The translations under genes were made by a program, and so were the position numbers. Below, one piece after another: positions 29,877 to 39,075 of a DNA stretch of 47,495 nucleotides (the first letter of the stretch is position 1; every line of letters starts with the position of its first letter). The stretch is from an uncultured Pseudomonadota bacterium (GTDB taxonomy: Bacteria; Myxococcota_A; UBA796; UBA2385), in contig CAJWOS010000001.1 of assembly GCA_913044235.1 (NCBI GenBank), positions 1 to 47,495 on the forward strand, read 5' to 3'. A model generated the notes under the pieces. It was not told the DNA's origin. It was given only the letters and a program-made list of their open reading frames with translations, and ran no database searches.

Positions 29877-31244
29877 CTACTCGACGTATCCGAGCTGTCG
29901 CAAGCGTTGGCGAGCAGCACGATCCTCTTGGATTGCAGACGGGGATGGGGACCGTTCCGTCACAGTGAGGGCGGTGATGCGGGACCGAAGCTGTCCCAGC
30001 AGTGGCTCCACTGTCGAGAGGGTGTCGCGCTCACCAGGGTCGATGCGGAGGTTGAAGCGCTCGACCCGGCCATCTGGGTGGAGGATCACCTTTTCCCGGT
30101 CGGTGATCAGCGCGTGCTCGTTGGCACGCTGCCGCACCTTGGAGAGGTCAGGTGTCTTGCCGTAGTAGTGGCTGGTTCGGCTGTAGACGGCTCCGCTGAG
30201 GGCAACCGGGATGCCCGTCGCGAGGGAGTGAAGCTCGAGGGTGGAGACCACGCGGGCCTCCGTCTCGATGGGAATCCCCGGTCCGACGGCAACGAAGGGA
30301 ACATGGATCAGTTCGTTGTAGAGGGTCCACTCGTGGCCGATGCGGTTTCGCTCGAGAAACTCCTCGCCGTGGTCGGCGGCAAACAGGATCAATGGCGCGG
30401 GGTCGGTCGGGAGCGCGGCGAGCAGTCGCCCGATGGCGGCATCGGTGGCATGGATCTCCGCTTCATGCAGCAGCTTGAGACAGGCCAGCTCCTCAGGAGA
30501 CAGCGTGCTTTCCATCTCACGAATCTCAGTGATGTCGAGCCCGTTGGTGACTCGACCGCAGCGTGCTTTTGAAAACCCCATCTGCTCCGCGAGGGCGGGG
30601 TCTGGTCGATAGTTGAAGTGAGGGTCGAAGTAGTGCACCCAGAGAAGGTACGGTGCTTGGCTGTGATCGGAGAGCCATGCGATCGCAGCATCGGTGACTT
30701 GGCTTGCGCCGAGGCCGCGGCGGTCCGTTCCAAAATTTTCGAAGACCTCGAATCCCCGCTGGATCACGGACGGCGGGTACACCGGAACTGCGGGGCTGTG
30801 CCCGAGGACATGGTGATCGGTGAATGCGGCCGTCTGCAGCCCTCTCGACTGCAGCACCTGCGCCAGGGTGGGAAGGGCATCGTAGTGCGCCACGAGGGTC
30901 TCGGGCGCTTCGTTGGCCACCTGGCTGTGGGTGAAGATGGATGTGAGGGCCGGCAGTGTGGCGGGGGCAGGACTGATGGCGTGGGTGTAGCGCCGCCCCC
31001 GTTCGGCCAGTGCGCAGATGTTCGGCGTGAGTCGAGAGGTGGCCCCCGAACACACCATTGAGTCGGCACGCATGGTGTCGACCGTGACGAGGACCACGTG
31101 GGGAGGCTGTTCGGGGGGGGGCTCGGGGGGAGCGGGCGTCACGGGAGCGGGCGTCACGGGAGCGGGCGTGCTCGGGGCTCCGGAGCATCCCACGCCGAGC
31201 GCGATGACCACGGTGCACATGGTGCGGTGGGGAGACAAGAACAT
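29877..31244 (-). CDS. sulfatase-fold (alkaline-phosphatase superfamily) lipoprotein; Thr at the nucleophile position
   Basis: Lipobox IALGVGC, Pro-rich linker. HVVLVTVDTMRADSM ... PAPATLPALTSIFT ... FAADHGEEFLERN. The motif reads T-L-P-A-L instead of C-x-P-x-R. Start at 31244 (MFLSPH...); the maximal ORF reaches 31301. Confidence 0.75.
   Translation of the reverse strand: MFLSPHRTMCTVVIALGVGCSGAPSTPAPVTPAPVTPAPPEPPPEQPPHVVLVTVDTMRADSMVCSGATSRLTPNICALAERGRRYTHAISPAPATLPALTSIFTHSQVANEAPETLVAHYDALPTLAQVLQSRGLQTAAFTDHHVLGHSPAVPVYPPSVIQRGFEVFENFGTDRRGLGASQVTDAAIAWLSDHSQAPYLLWVHYFDPHFNYRPDPALAEQMGFSKARCGRVTNGLDITEIREMESTLSPEELACLKLLHEAEIHATDAAIGRLLAALPTDPAPLILFAADHGEEFLERNRIGHEWTLYNELIHVPFVAVGPGIPIETEARVVSTLELHSLATGIPVALSGAVYSRTSHYYGKTPDLSKVRQRANEHALITDREKVILHPDGRVERFNLRIDPGERDTLSTVEPLLGQLRSRITALTVTERSPSPSAIQEDRAARQRLRQLGYVE
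31131..31169 (-). repeat. 15-bp tandem repeat (x2.6) encoding PVTPA-PVTPA linker
   Basis: AGCGGGCGTCACGGG occurs twice plus a partial third copy, read on the + strand. Confidence 0.85.
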
Positions 31245-31260
31245 GTGGGCTCCCGCAGGG

Positions 31261-32001
31261 TCAGCGAAAACGCATCCGAACGATCCCCAGCATGGCTTCA
31301 TGCATGATCCGGGGGCTCATTTTACTCTCTCCGACTGTGCGGTCGGGAAATACGATCGGAACTTCTGCAACGGTGAAGCCTGACTGGATGGCTCTCCAGG
31401 TGAGCTCGATCTGGAATCCGTAGCCCACACTCTGCACGGCGGAAAGATCGATGGTCTCAAGCACGCTCCGCCGAAAGCACTTGAAGCCGCCTGTCAGGTC
31501 GCGGAGGTTGAGGCCGAGGATGGTGCGGGCGTAGCGATTGCCCAGCCGGCTGATGGCTCTGCGGTGCGCGGCCCAGCCATCGACACCTCCACCTGGCATG
31601 TACCGACATCCCAGCACCAGGTCTGCTTCTTCGGCGGCCTTGAGCAGCTCGGGCAGGTACTTCGGCTGGTGGGAGAAGTCGGCGTCCATCTCCAGAATAT
31701 GGGTGCAAGTGGGGTCTTCCAGGCACAGACCAAAGCCGTGCAGGTAGGCGGGGCCCAGACCACGGGGACCGCTTCGGTGGCTCACGCGAACCCGAGGCTC
31801 GGCGGCAGCCAGCTGGTCGGCGATGTCGCCCGTGCCGTCTGGGCTGTGATCGTCCACCACCAGAATGCGCCCACCGGGGAGCGCGTCGAGAATTGCCGGC
31901 ACGATCCGGGGAAGGTTCTCGGCTTCGTTGAACGTGGGCAGTACGACTATCGGACCGTTGTGGTCACTGGACGATTGAGACAACGCTCGGTCCCCTTGCA
32001 T
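31261..32001 (-). CDS. polyprenol/dolichol-phosphate mannose synthase (GT2, Ppm1/DPM1-like)
   Basis: VVLPTFNEAENL, ILVVDDHSPDGT, EMDADFSH (DxD), GYGFQIE, and the SKMS tail are classic for polyprenol monophosphomannose synthases. Start at ATG 32001; the maximal ORF reaches 32067. Confidence 0.85.
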   Translation of the reverse strand: MQGDRALSQSSSDHNGPIVVLPTFNEAENLPRIVPAILDALPGGRILVVDDHSPDGTGDIADQLAAAEPRVRVSHRSGPRGLGPAYLHGFGLCLEDPTCTHILEMDADFSHQPKYLPELLKAAEEADLVLGCRYMPGGGVDGWAAHRRAISRLGNRYARTILGLNLRDLTGGFKCFRRSVLETIDLSAVQSVGYGFQIELTWRAIQSGFTVAEVPIVFPDRTVGESKMSPRIMHEAMLGIVRMRFR

Positions 32002-32085
32002 GGTGATTGCGGAGAGACCATACACGGCGCGGGCAGAAGCGTTCGGATTGGTTTGTGGGGCTTGCAAGCCATGCTGCAGAGCGAC

Positions 32086-33675
32086 TCACTCTCCGGTGAT
32101 CATCCAGACGCCACCCTGCCCGAGGAGAGCGCCGGCATCATCGTACTGCTTGGTGCCCTCGGCGAGGAATAGGTCCATGTCTCCGTCGGCGTCACCATCG
32201 GCGAAGCGCATTTCGGTTCCGCTTCCCTTCACCAACAGGCCGGGCGAGCCCGCCTCGCCGCTACGGGGCGTAAGGGTTCCCGAGACGGGGCCATACCAGA
32301 CCAGGCTGGCGGCGCCGAAGTCGCGAATGCGGCCCACCACGAGCTCAGCGGCGCCATCTCCATTCCAGTCGCCGAGCTCCACACCAAAACCCACACAGGA
32401 GCCGTCGCAGCTGCTTGGGGTCTCTGCGGTGTCGGGCACGTCGCCTGGGACGCTGGCCAGGAGCGCCGGAGAGTCTGTGATCGAGCCACCGCCCCATGCC
32501 GCGGTGCCGTCGAGCACCCACGCCATGCCGGCTTCCCGGTCGTGGTGGGGAGCACCGATCACCACATCATCCAGGCCATCACCGTTGATGTCGCCGGTCC
32601 GCATGAGACAGCGCCAGCCGTCGTCGAAGACACCGATCATGTCTCCAGGAGCCGTTCCGACCACGCGATTGTCGGCTTCGGTATCGTCGAGCTCCACTGG
32701 CAGGTCGGCCGGACCGCCGAGCAGCGGAACCCGGAAGATGGCGCCACGGCTGTCGCTCACGCCGGGCGCGGCGGCGTAGAGCACTGGGGCGCCAGACGCA
32801 TCGGTGGTGGATGTGTGGCAGCTCAGATGCGGCGGATTGTCGAAGGAGCCTTGGGTGGGGCCTCCGATGAGGCCGATGCCGTTCTGATCGAGACGGCCGG
32901 TGAACGGACCAGCGTGGATCCGCACTGCGCCGCGTCCGTCGAGGGTGAGCGGATCGCCGCTGAGCAGCCAGGTGTCGGTGGCGTGGGTGAGCCACGAAAC
33001 ATCTCGTCCCGCAAAAGCTGCGGTGCCGCTGGGGCTCGTATATTGAATGGAGCCGTCGGCAGCGGAGAGGGAGCCGGAAGCGGTGATGGGCCCATGCACC
33101 AGAAATACATCAGGTACGCTGATGTAAGAGCCGATCGCGACGACCGGGTAGTCCTCGGATGCAGGAGTGCCCACCTCAACGGTGAACCCGGCGTACTGAA
33201 TGCGATCGTCGCCATCGAGGCGCACTTCGTCGGCGAGTAGGCCATCTCCAGAGATGGGGCCTGCGGCGATGTAGACTGCGCCGTGGTCGGCAGGGTCAAG
33301 CCATCCCGGTGCCCCAACGACGGCCTCCGCTGCGCCGTCGCCGTTGAGGTCGGCGGTCGCGAGGTGGATCTTGGGCTGGAACGCGGTGAGCTCGCCGACC
33401 CGACGGGCAGTCCAGTCCCCTTCGCTGAGGTTGAGCGTGCCTTCCAACCGGTCCGGCCCATCGTCTGCGGTGTCCTCGCTGCCCGAGTCGTCGGTGTCTT
33501 CGCCTGAGTCGTCTGCAGAGTCGTCGTCGATGGTGTCGTCGGTGTCCTCGACGATGTCTGTAGTCGTGCCTGTATCGGGGCTCTTGTAGATGTTCCCCAC
33601 AAGCGTATGGTCGCTGCATCCGCACAGGGTCCACGCAAGCAGGACTACCGAAGGTGTCCGTAGTGCTCCGTCCAT
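32086..33675 (-). CDS. FG-GAP/integrin-alpha-like repeat lipoprotein
   Basis: Lipobox TLCGCS and a very acidic D/T/S linker. Repeated Ca-binding-type motifs: DLNGDGAAEAVVGAP, GDINGDGLDDVVIGAP, GDWNGDGAAELVVG, DGDADGDMDLFLAEG. GGAG lies 8 nt upstream of the ATG. Confidence 0.8.
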   Translation of the reverse strand: MDGALRTPSVVLLAWTLCGCSDHTLVGNIYKSPDTGTTTDIVEDTDDTIDDDSADDSGEDTDDSGSEDTADDGPDRLEGTLNLSEGDWTARRVGELTAFQPKIHLATADLNGDGAAEAVVGAPGWLDPADHGAVYIAAGPISGDGLLADEVRLDGDDRIQYAGFTVEVGTPASEDYPVVAIGSYISVPDVFLVHGPITASGSLSAADGSIQYTSPSGTAAFAGRDVSWLTHATDTWLLSGDPLTLDGRGAVRIHAGPFTGRLDQNGIGLIGGPTQGSFDNPPHLSCHTSTTDASGAPVLYAAAPGVSDSRGAIFRVPLLGGPADLPVELDDTEADNRVVGTAPGDMIGVFDDGWRCLMRTGDINGDGLDDVVIGAPHHDREAGMAWVLDGTAAWGGGSITDSPALLASVPGDVPDTAETPSSCDGSCVGFGVELGDWNGDGAAELVVGRIRDFGAASLVWYGPVSGTLTPRSGEAGSPGLLVKGSGTEMRFADGDADGDMDLFLAEGTKQYDDAGALLGQGGVWMITGE

Positions 33676-33982
33676 TGGTGCTGCTCCGAATGCTCAGCGA
33701 AGTGGTCTCGCTCACACGACCCTATACTAATCGGACCGTCGGCCGTTCGCTTTTTCGAGACGGGTTTCCCGTATGGAACAAACGATTGGTGCACAGGATG
33801 ACATGAATTTCATCGACTCGCGGGACGCCGCAGCGCTGTGGCTGTGTGTGGAGGGAGCATCTGCACGGTCAATCTGCGCTTCAAAGCGCCATTCCGTACT
33901 TGTGCTGTGCAACTGCAGCCGGTCAGAACGTCTGTGATCCGCTATACAGGGGTTCCTTCTCGACAACAGAATTGGATGTTCG

Positions 33983-35815
33983 ATGGCGGAGCGTCACCCG
34001 TGGAATGCCGGTACAGTGGGCACGGTCGCCGGTTTGGCGGGCGTCATTGGCGTGGGTATAGGCTACGGCCTGGCCCCGAAAGAGATCGGCAGCGCCGTTG
34101 CTGAGCCGGTCGCGACCGAGGAATTGGTTGAGGAAGCAACCCCGGCTGCCATCCCAGACGCCGAAATGCTTCGGGAGAAGCGGAACAAGCGTGGCAAGCG
34201 TGGCAAGCGGACCGATCGCCAGAGAAAGCGTGCAAAGCCGAGCACGATGGGCGTACCCAGTGGTCCGATTGATCTCAGCAGTGTTCCAGGAGAGACCTGG
34301 GTCACTCGCCACGATCCCGAACAGACCTGGCCCGGCTACACGATGGTGTTCTACCAGCGCCGCGTTCCGATGTTGATCGACATGGATGGGCGGATCGTGC
34401 ACTACTGGCCGGACGTGCGGGCCGTCGGACGCATTCGTCTCACGCCACAGGGCCACTTGGTCTACATCGCGCCGGACGACACGATCCGGGAAGTCGACTG
34501 GGACGGCAACCTGGTGCGTGAGTACAAGTCTGAGGTCGAGGATCGGTTCCCGCACCACGACCTCCAGTGGGTGCCCGATGGTCGCATCGCTGCGGTCTAC
34601 CGCACGAAGTCGGAGTTCACCGACGACATCATCTTCATCGACCCGAGCGGCGAGCTATCCTGGACATGGAAGTCGAAGGGCAATCTCGACGACGAGATCT
34701 CGGCGTCCCCGAGAGACCCGAACGACCTCACCCACTTCAACTCGGTACAGGTGATTCCAGACAACCCCCACCACAGGGCGGGTGATGCTCGGTTCAAGGC
34801 CGGCAACGTGCTGATCAGCGCCCGGAACCTCAGCTACATCTACATGGTGGACCCCGACACGGGAAATGTGGTCTGGAAGTATGGAGAGGGACTGGACTGG
34901 CAGCATGAAGCCGTTTTGCTGGGCGACGACCTGCCTTCGGCGGGCAACATCCTCCTGTTCAACAACCGCTTCCACTCAGAAGAGCGCCGCAGCGAGGTCA
35001 TCGAGATCAATCCGGTCACCAACGAAGTCGTATGGCGCTACGCGAGCGAAGGGTTCTTCTCCGATACAGCCGGCGTGGCGCAGAAGCTCCCCAACGGCAA
35101 CGTGCTGATCACGTCCAGTCGGGGTGGTCGCGTGTTTGAAGTGACGGCAGCGGGAGATGTGATCTGGCAGTGGCAGCCGCCATATCTGCCAATGCGCGTG
35201 AATCGGTATGCGCCCGATTACTGTCCCCAGCTGGAAGCGATGGGGCCGCCTTCGACCAAGTCGGTGGTCTCCCAGGAGACCCGTCCGTACATCGATGGGG
35301 CTCTGTATGACTTCAAGATGTCGGGCAAGGTGCAAAAGATCCCGGTCGATGGGAAGAAGCGAGAGGTGCTCACCGAAGGCAAGGTCTGTCTCGACGTGCA
35401 GTTTCCCGGCAAGCCGAACCTCACATTTGACTTGGGCTTCATTGTTCCCGGAGGCGATGCCACGGCCGCGATGGAAGGAACGATCACCATGACCGCCACC
35501 CCGGAAGTGGGCGAGGTGGAGAATCTCTACGACAAGACCATCACACTGGCCGAGAATGGGGCGTGGAACCGCGAGCGAGTGCGGGTTCCGAAGAAGCTGG
35601 CCTACATGAAGGCGGAGCTGTGCGTGGAGTCGACCGCCACGGACATCCGGAGTCGTGACGACCTTCGGCCCGGCTTGGTGGTGGGGATGCCCAAGATCAT
35701 GTCGGGGTACCGTACCCGAGGCAAAGACCTGCCCAACGCACGCGACAAGAAGACGCAGAAGGCCGAGCAGGAACTGCAGCAGCGCCAGCTCGAGGCTCTG
35801 GGCTACATCGAGTAA
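33983..35815 (+). CDS. arylsulfotransferase (ASST) family beta-propeller protein, N-terminal signal-anchor (paralogue of 18070..19839)
   Basis: About 60% identical by eye to the other ASST gene over its whole length. DLTHFNSVQVIPDN...GNVLISARNLSYIYMVDPDTGNVVWK. TM anchor VAGLAGVIGVGIGYGL. Confidence 0.85.
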   Translation: MAERHPWNAGTVGTVAGLAGVIGVGIGYGLAPKEIGSAVAEPVATEELVEEATPAAIPDAEMLREKRNKRGKRGKRTDRQRKRAKPSTMGVPSGPIDLSSVPGETWVTRHDPEQTWPGYTMVFYQRRVPMLIDMDGRIVHYWPDVRAVGRIRLTPQGHLVYIAPDDTIREVDWDGNLVREYKSEVEDRFPHHDLQWVPDGRIAAVYRTKSEFTDDIIFIDPSGELSWTWKSKGNLDDEISASPRDPNDLTHFNSVQVIPDNPHHRAGDARFKAGNVLISARNLSYIYMVDPDTGNVVWKYGEGLDWQHEAVLLGDDLPSAGNILLFNNRFHSEERRSEVIEINPVTNEVVWRYASEGFFSDTAGVAQKLPNGNVLITSSRGGRVFEVTAAGDVIWQWQPPYLPMRVNRYAPDYCPQLEAMGPPSTKSVVSQETRPYIDGALYDFKMSGKVQKIPVDGKKREVLTEGKVCLDVQFPGKPNLTFDLGFIVPGGDATAAMEGTITMTATPEVGEVENLYDKTITLAENGAWNRERVRVPKKLAYMKAELCVESTATDIRSRDDLRPGLVVGMPKIMSGYRTRGKDLPNARDKKTQKAEQELQQRQLEALGYIE

Positions 35816-35860
35816 CCGTGAGCCACACTCCCACCGCGTGATGCGGGCGGAGAGTGCCGC

Positions 35861-37009
35861 TCAGATGCCGAGCAGCCACCGGGCGATGAGCACGCGCTGC
35901 AGATCCGAGGTGCCGGAGTACAGGATTCCGCCCACGGCGTCTCGCAGGGCGCGCTCGACCTCGTACTCGGCGGTGTAGCCGTAGCCGCCAAGCGTGCGGA
36001 TGGTGTCGAGGGCACAGGAGACCAAGGACTCACTCACGAACAGCTTTGCGATGGCGGCATCGAGGGCCACGTCATGGCTCTGGTCGAGCTTGGTGGCGGC
36101 CTTGTAGGTGAGCAGGCGGGCGGCCTCCAGCTGGACCTTCATGTTGGCGATGCGATGGGAGACGGCTTGGTGCTTTCCGATGGGCACGCCGCCAGAGGTG
36201 CGCGTGCGGGCGTACCGGACAGCCTTGTCCAGCAACCGGTCCATCACACCCATGTGGCAAGCCACCAGCAGGGTGCGCTCCCAGTTCATGGACTCAAAGA
36301 ACATGGGACCACCGGCGCCGACCCGGCCGACGACGGCCTCCGGTCCCACCCGCACCTCGTCGAGGACCAGCTCGCCGATGGAGCAGGTGCGCAGTCCCAT
36401 GGTGTCAAAGGCCTGACCCCGCTCAAATTGGGGGTGCTCGAGCAGGAAGGCAGTGACGCCGCCGTGGTAGCCCTTGCCTTCTTCGGTTCGGGCGTAGACG
36501 AGTGCCAGATCGGCGACCGTGGCGTTGGAGATGAAGGTCTTCCGACCGGTGATGATCCAGCCGTCGCCGTCGGGGACCGCCTTGGTGGCCATGTCGTATG
36601 GGTCGGACCCCGCGCTCGGCTCGGTCATACCCACCGCACAGATGGAGCGGCCTGAACAGAGGTCAGCGAGGTACTTTTCGTGCTGGGCCTCGCTGCCATG
36701 CTTCCAGATCGGCACCACGTTGGCCAACAGGTGGGCTGAGATCGCCATCAGCAGGCCGCCGTCTGGACAGCCGCGGCCCAAGGCCTCGAGGGCGACCGCG
36801 CAGGAGAGCGGATCGAGTCCCAGACCACCCTTCTCCTCGGGCACCGGCATGCCTTGCAGGCCCATTTCGCCACACTTGTTCCAGAGGTCGCGGGGGAAGA
36901 CGCCGGCCCGATCCCGCTCTTCTGCTCCTTCGCTGAGCTCCGAGCGGCAGAAGGCCAGGATGCCCTTGCGGAGCTCTTTGTGGTCGTTCGTCAGGGAAAA
37001 GGGCATCAT
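35861..37009 (-). CDS. acyl-CoA dehydrogenase family flavoprotein (candidate acyl/aminoacyl-S-carrier-protein dehydrogenase)
   Basis: 382 aa with full ACAD architecture (CAVGMTEPSAGSD; GGYGYTAEYEVERALRDA). ATGA overlap with the upstream adenylase stop. By eye, the MCAD catalytic-Glu position reads YSGT, while an IVD-type Glu (NWER) is present. Confidence 0.85.
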   Translation of the reverse strand: MMPFSLTNDHKELRKGILAFCRSELSEGAEERDRAGVFPRDLWNKCGEMGLQGMPVPEEKGGLGLDPLSCAVALEALGRGCPDGGLLMAISAHLLANVVPIWKHGSEAQHEKYLADLCSGRSICAVGMTEPSAGSDPYDMATKAVPDGDGWIITGRKTFISNATVADLALVYARTEEGKGYHGGVTAFLLEHPQFERGQAFDTMGLRTCSIGELVLDEVRVGPEAVVGRVGAGGPMFFESMNWERTLLVACHMGVMDRLLDKAVRYARTRTSGGVPIGKHQAVSHRIANMKVQLEAARLLTYKAATKLDQSHDVALDAAIAKLFVSESLVSCALDTIRTLGGYGYTAEYEVERALRDAVGGILYSGTSDLQRVLIARWLLGI

Positions 37010-38550
37010 CGCAGGGCCTCCAGGGCGCGGTAGGCGACCTTGCCGGTCGAGGTCTTGGGGATGGCGTCGAGAACCTCGAAGCGATCCGGAATCATGTAGC
37101 GCGGGATGTGTTGAGCGCAGTGGCGCTTGAAGGCCACAAGAGAGATTCGGGGGCCCGGCTTTGTGGTGACATAGGCGTGGATCTTCACGCCCTGGGCTTC
37201 GTCGGGGTAGGCAACGAGGGCGGCTTCAAGTACCGAATCATGGGCGACGAGCGCATTTTCGATCTCCCCGAGCTCAATCCGGTATCCGAAGCGCTTGACC
37301 ATACGGTCGCGTCGACCTCGAAAGATGTAGTTGCCCTGTTCATCTTCCTCGACGAGGTCGCCGGTGCGGTACCACTGCTGTCCGTCGGTGTGTGTAAGGA
37401 AGGCCTCCGCGGTGAGGTCGGGCCGGTTCCAGTAGCCGACCATCACGGAGCCTCCCCGGATGCAGAGCTCACCGAGGGCCCCGCGAGAAACCACGGTGCC
37501 GTCGGTGTCGAGCACGATGGCAGCATCATCGGAGCAGCAGGTGCCGATGGGGTACGGCTCACTGCGCTCGGGGTCCAACACTGCGGGCACGGGGAACCAG
37601 GTGCACACATTGGTCTCGGTGGGCCCGTAGAGGTTGGCAAACTGCGCCGCGTGCCAGCGAGTGGCGAGCTCCCGCAGCTGCCCGGCCGAAAAGACTTCGC
37701 CGGCGTAGAGGACCACTCGAAGGTGGGTGTAGTCGAAGCGCTCGAGCTTGCCCCAGGCCAGCAGCATGCGCAGGGTGGACGGGGTGGAATACCAGACGGT
37801 GATGCCGAGGCGGTGTGTGGCCTCGGCGAGCCCCGCGGGATTCCGGCCGAGGGCCGAGTCGATGAGCACCAGGCTTCCACCGCTCGCCATGCTCACGAAC
37901 AGGTCGAAGATCGAGAGGTCGAAGTGGAAGGGTGCGTGGGAGGCGAAGCGGTCTTGGGCGGTCGTGTGGAATGCCGCTTGGGCCCAGTCCACGAATGCAA
38001 GTGCGCTGTCGTGTGTATGCACCACACCCTTGGGCGTTCCGGTGGAGCCGGAAGTGAACAGGATGTAGGCAAGGTCGGGGCGAATGTCGGCGGACTCGAC
38101 CACGTTGTTGGCCAGGGCCACGAGCAGGAGAGGGTCAGTCCCGATGGCGGGCACCCCGGCAAGGGTGGACTGTGCTTCGGCCTTGAGGCCCTCACCTGCT
38201 ACCGCTTCCCACCGGGATGCCGGCACGAAGAGGGCTTTGGCGCCGCAGGCTTGGATGATGCCTGCGTTGCGGTTGACCGGTGCATAGGCGTCGATCGGTA
38301 CGTAGGCGGCGCCGGCCTTGAGAATCCCGAACACCGCTGTGACCGATGCCAAGGACTTGGGGACCAGGATTGCCACCCGGTCGCCGGGCCGGACGCCTGC
38401 ACGGATGAGCGCTGCGGCGACGGCGTCAGATGTCTGGTCCAGGTCGCCATACGACAGAAAATCGCCGCTGGTCCCGTCGAGGACGGCGACCGCATTGGGG
38501 GTCTGGCTCGCACTATGGCGGAGCAGAGAATGCAGTCGCCGCTTGCTCAT
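37006..38550 (-). CDS. stand-alone amino-acid adenylating enzyme (DltA/PltF-like AMP-ligase)
   Basis: 514 aa from ATG 38550. A3 LAYILFTSGSTGTPKG, A4 HFDLS (Asp retained), A5 NLYGPTETN, A7 YRTGD, A8 GRRDRMVKRFGYRIELGEIE, A10 PKTSTGK. No C, T or TE domains. Confidence 0.85.
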   Translation of the reverse strand: MSKRRLHSLLRHSASQTPNAVAVLDGTSGDFLSYGDLDQTSDAVAAALIRAGVRPGDRVAILVPKSLASVTAVFGILKAGAAYVPIDAYAPVNRNAGIIQACGAKALFVPASRWEAVAGEGLKAEAQSTLAGVPAIGTDPLLLVALANNVVESADIRPDLAYILFTSGSTGTPKGVVHTHDSALAFVDWAQAAFHTTAQDRFASHAPFHFDLSIFDLFVSMASGGSLVLIDSALGRNPAGLAEATHRLGITVWYSTPSTLRMLLAWGKLERFDYTHLRVVLYAGEVFSAGQLRELATRWHAAQFANLYGPTETNVCTWFPVPAVLDPERSEPYPIGTCCSDDAAIVLDTDGTVVSRGALGELCIRGGSVMVGYWNRPDLTAEAFLTHTDGQQWYRTGDLVEEDEQGNYIFRGRRDRMVKRFGYRIELGEIENALVAHDSVLEAALVAYPDEAQGVKIHAYVTTKPGPRISLVAFKRHCAQHIPRYMIPDRFEVLDAIPKTSTGKVAYRALEALR

Positions 38551-38810
38551 CAAGCCGTCTTCTTTTCGACGACGAGTCCCACGATGCCGTTGACCGTGCG
38601 GAGAGGGCCTCCCACAACTTCGTGAGCGTCGATGGAGATCTGGTAGGTGTCTTCGAGGTAGGTGATCAGCTTGAGGGTGTCGATCGACGACAGGATGCCG
38701 TCGCCCACAAGTGGAGTGTCGTCTTCGAGTGTGTCGGACGGTTCGCCGGGAAGGAATTCGTTCAGAATGTAGCTTCGGATTTCCTGCTTCAGCTGCGGTC
38801 GGTTGGTCAT
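38550..38810 (-). CDS. acyl/peptidyl carrier protein
   Basis: 86 aa from ATG 38810. Phosphopantetheine-Ser context GDGILSSIDTLKLITYLE. Stop TGA overlaps the adenylase ATG (TGATG). Confidence 0.8.
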   Translation of the reverse strand: MTNRPQLKQEIRSYILNEFLPGEPSDTLEDDTPLVGDGILSSIDTLKLITYLEDTYQISIDAHEVVGGPLRTVNGIVGLVVEKKTA

Positions 38811-39075
38811 GGTCTGTTCCTCTGGCAACGAGTCCACGGCAACGTACCCCGACAGCGGTCATCTGACAGGTGGGACTCTTGCTCTGTGGCGCCGCCAGTG
38901 GGGCTAACGGGGGTTTCCAACCCGTCGGCGTCGCGGGGTTCAACCGAGCGCGGGAGGTGCACATCGGCTGTGGAGAGAGTGCTTTGGTTGCGTTGGGAGG
39001 CAACACGGCTGGCTGCCATGCACTCGCCGGGTCCTGCGGGTCGCGCTATACCTCCGCCTTGTTTGGAGTGCCGTA

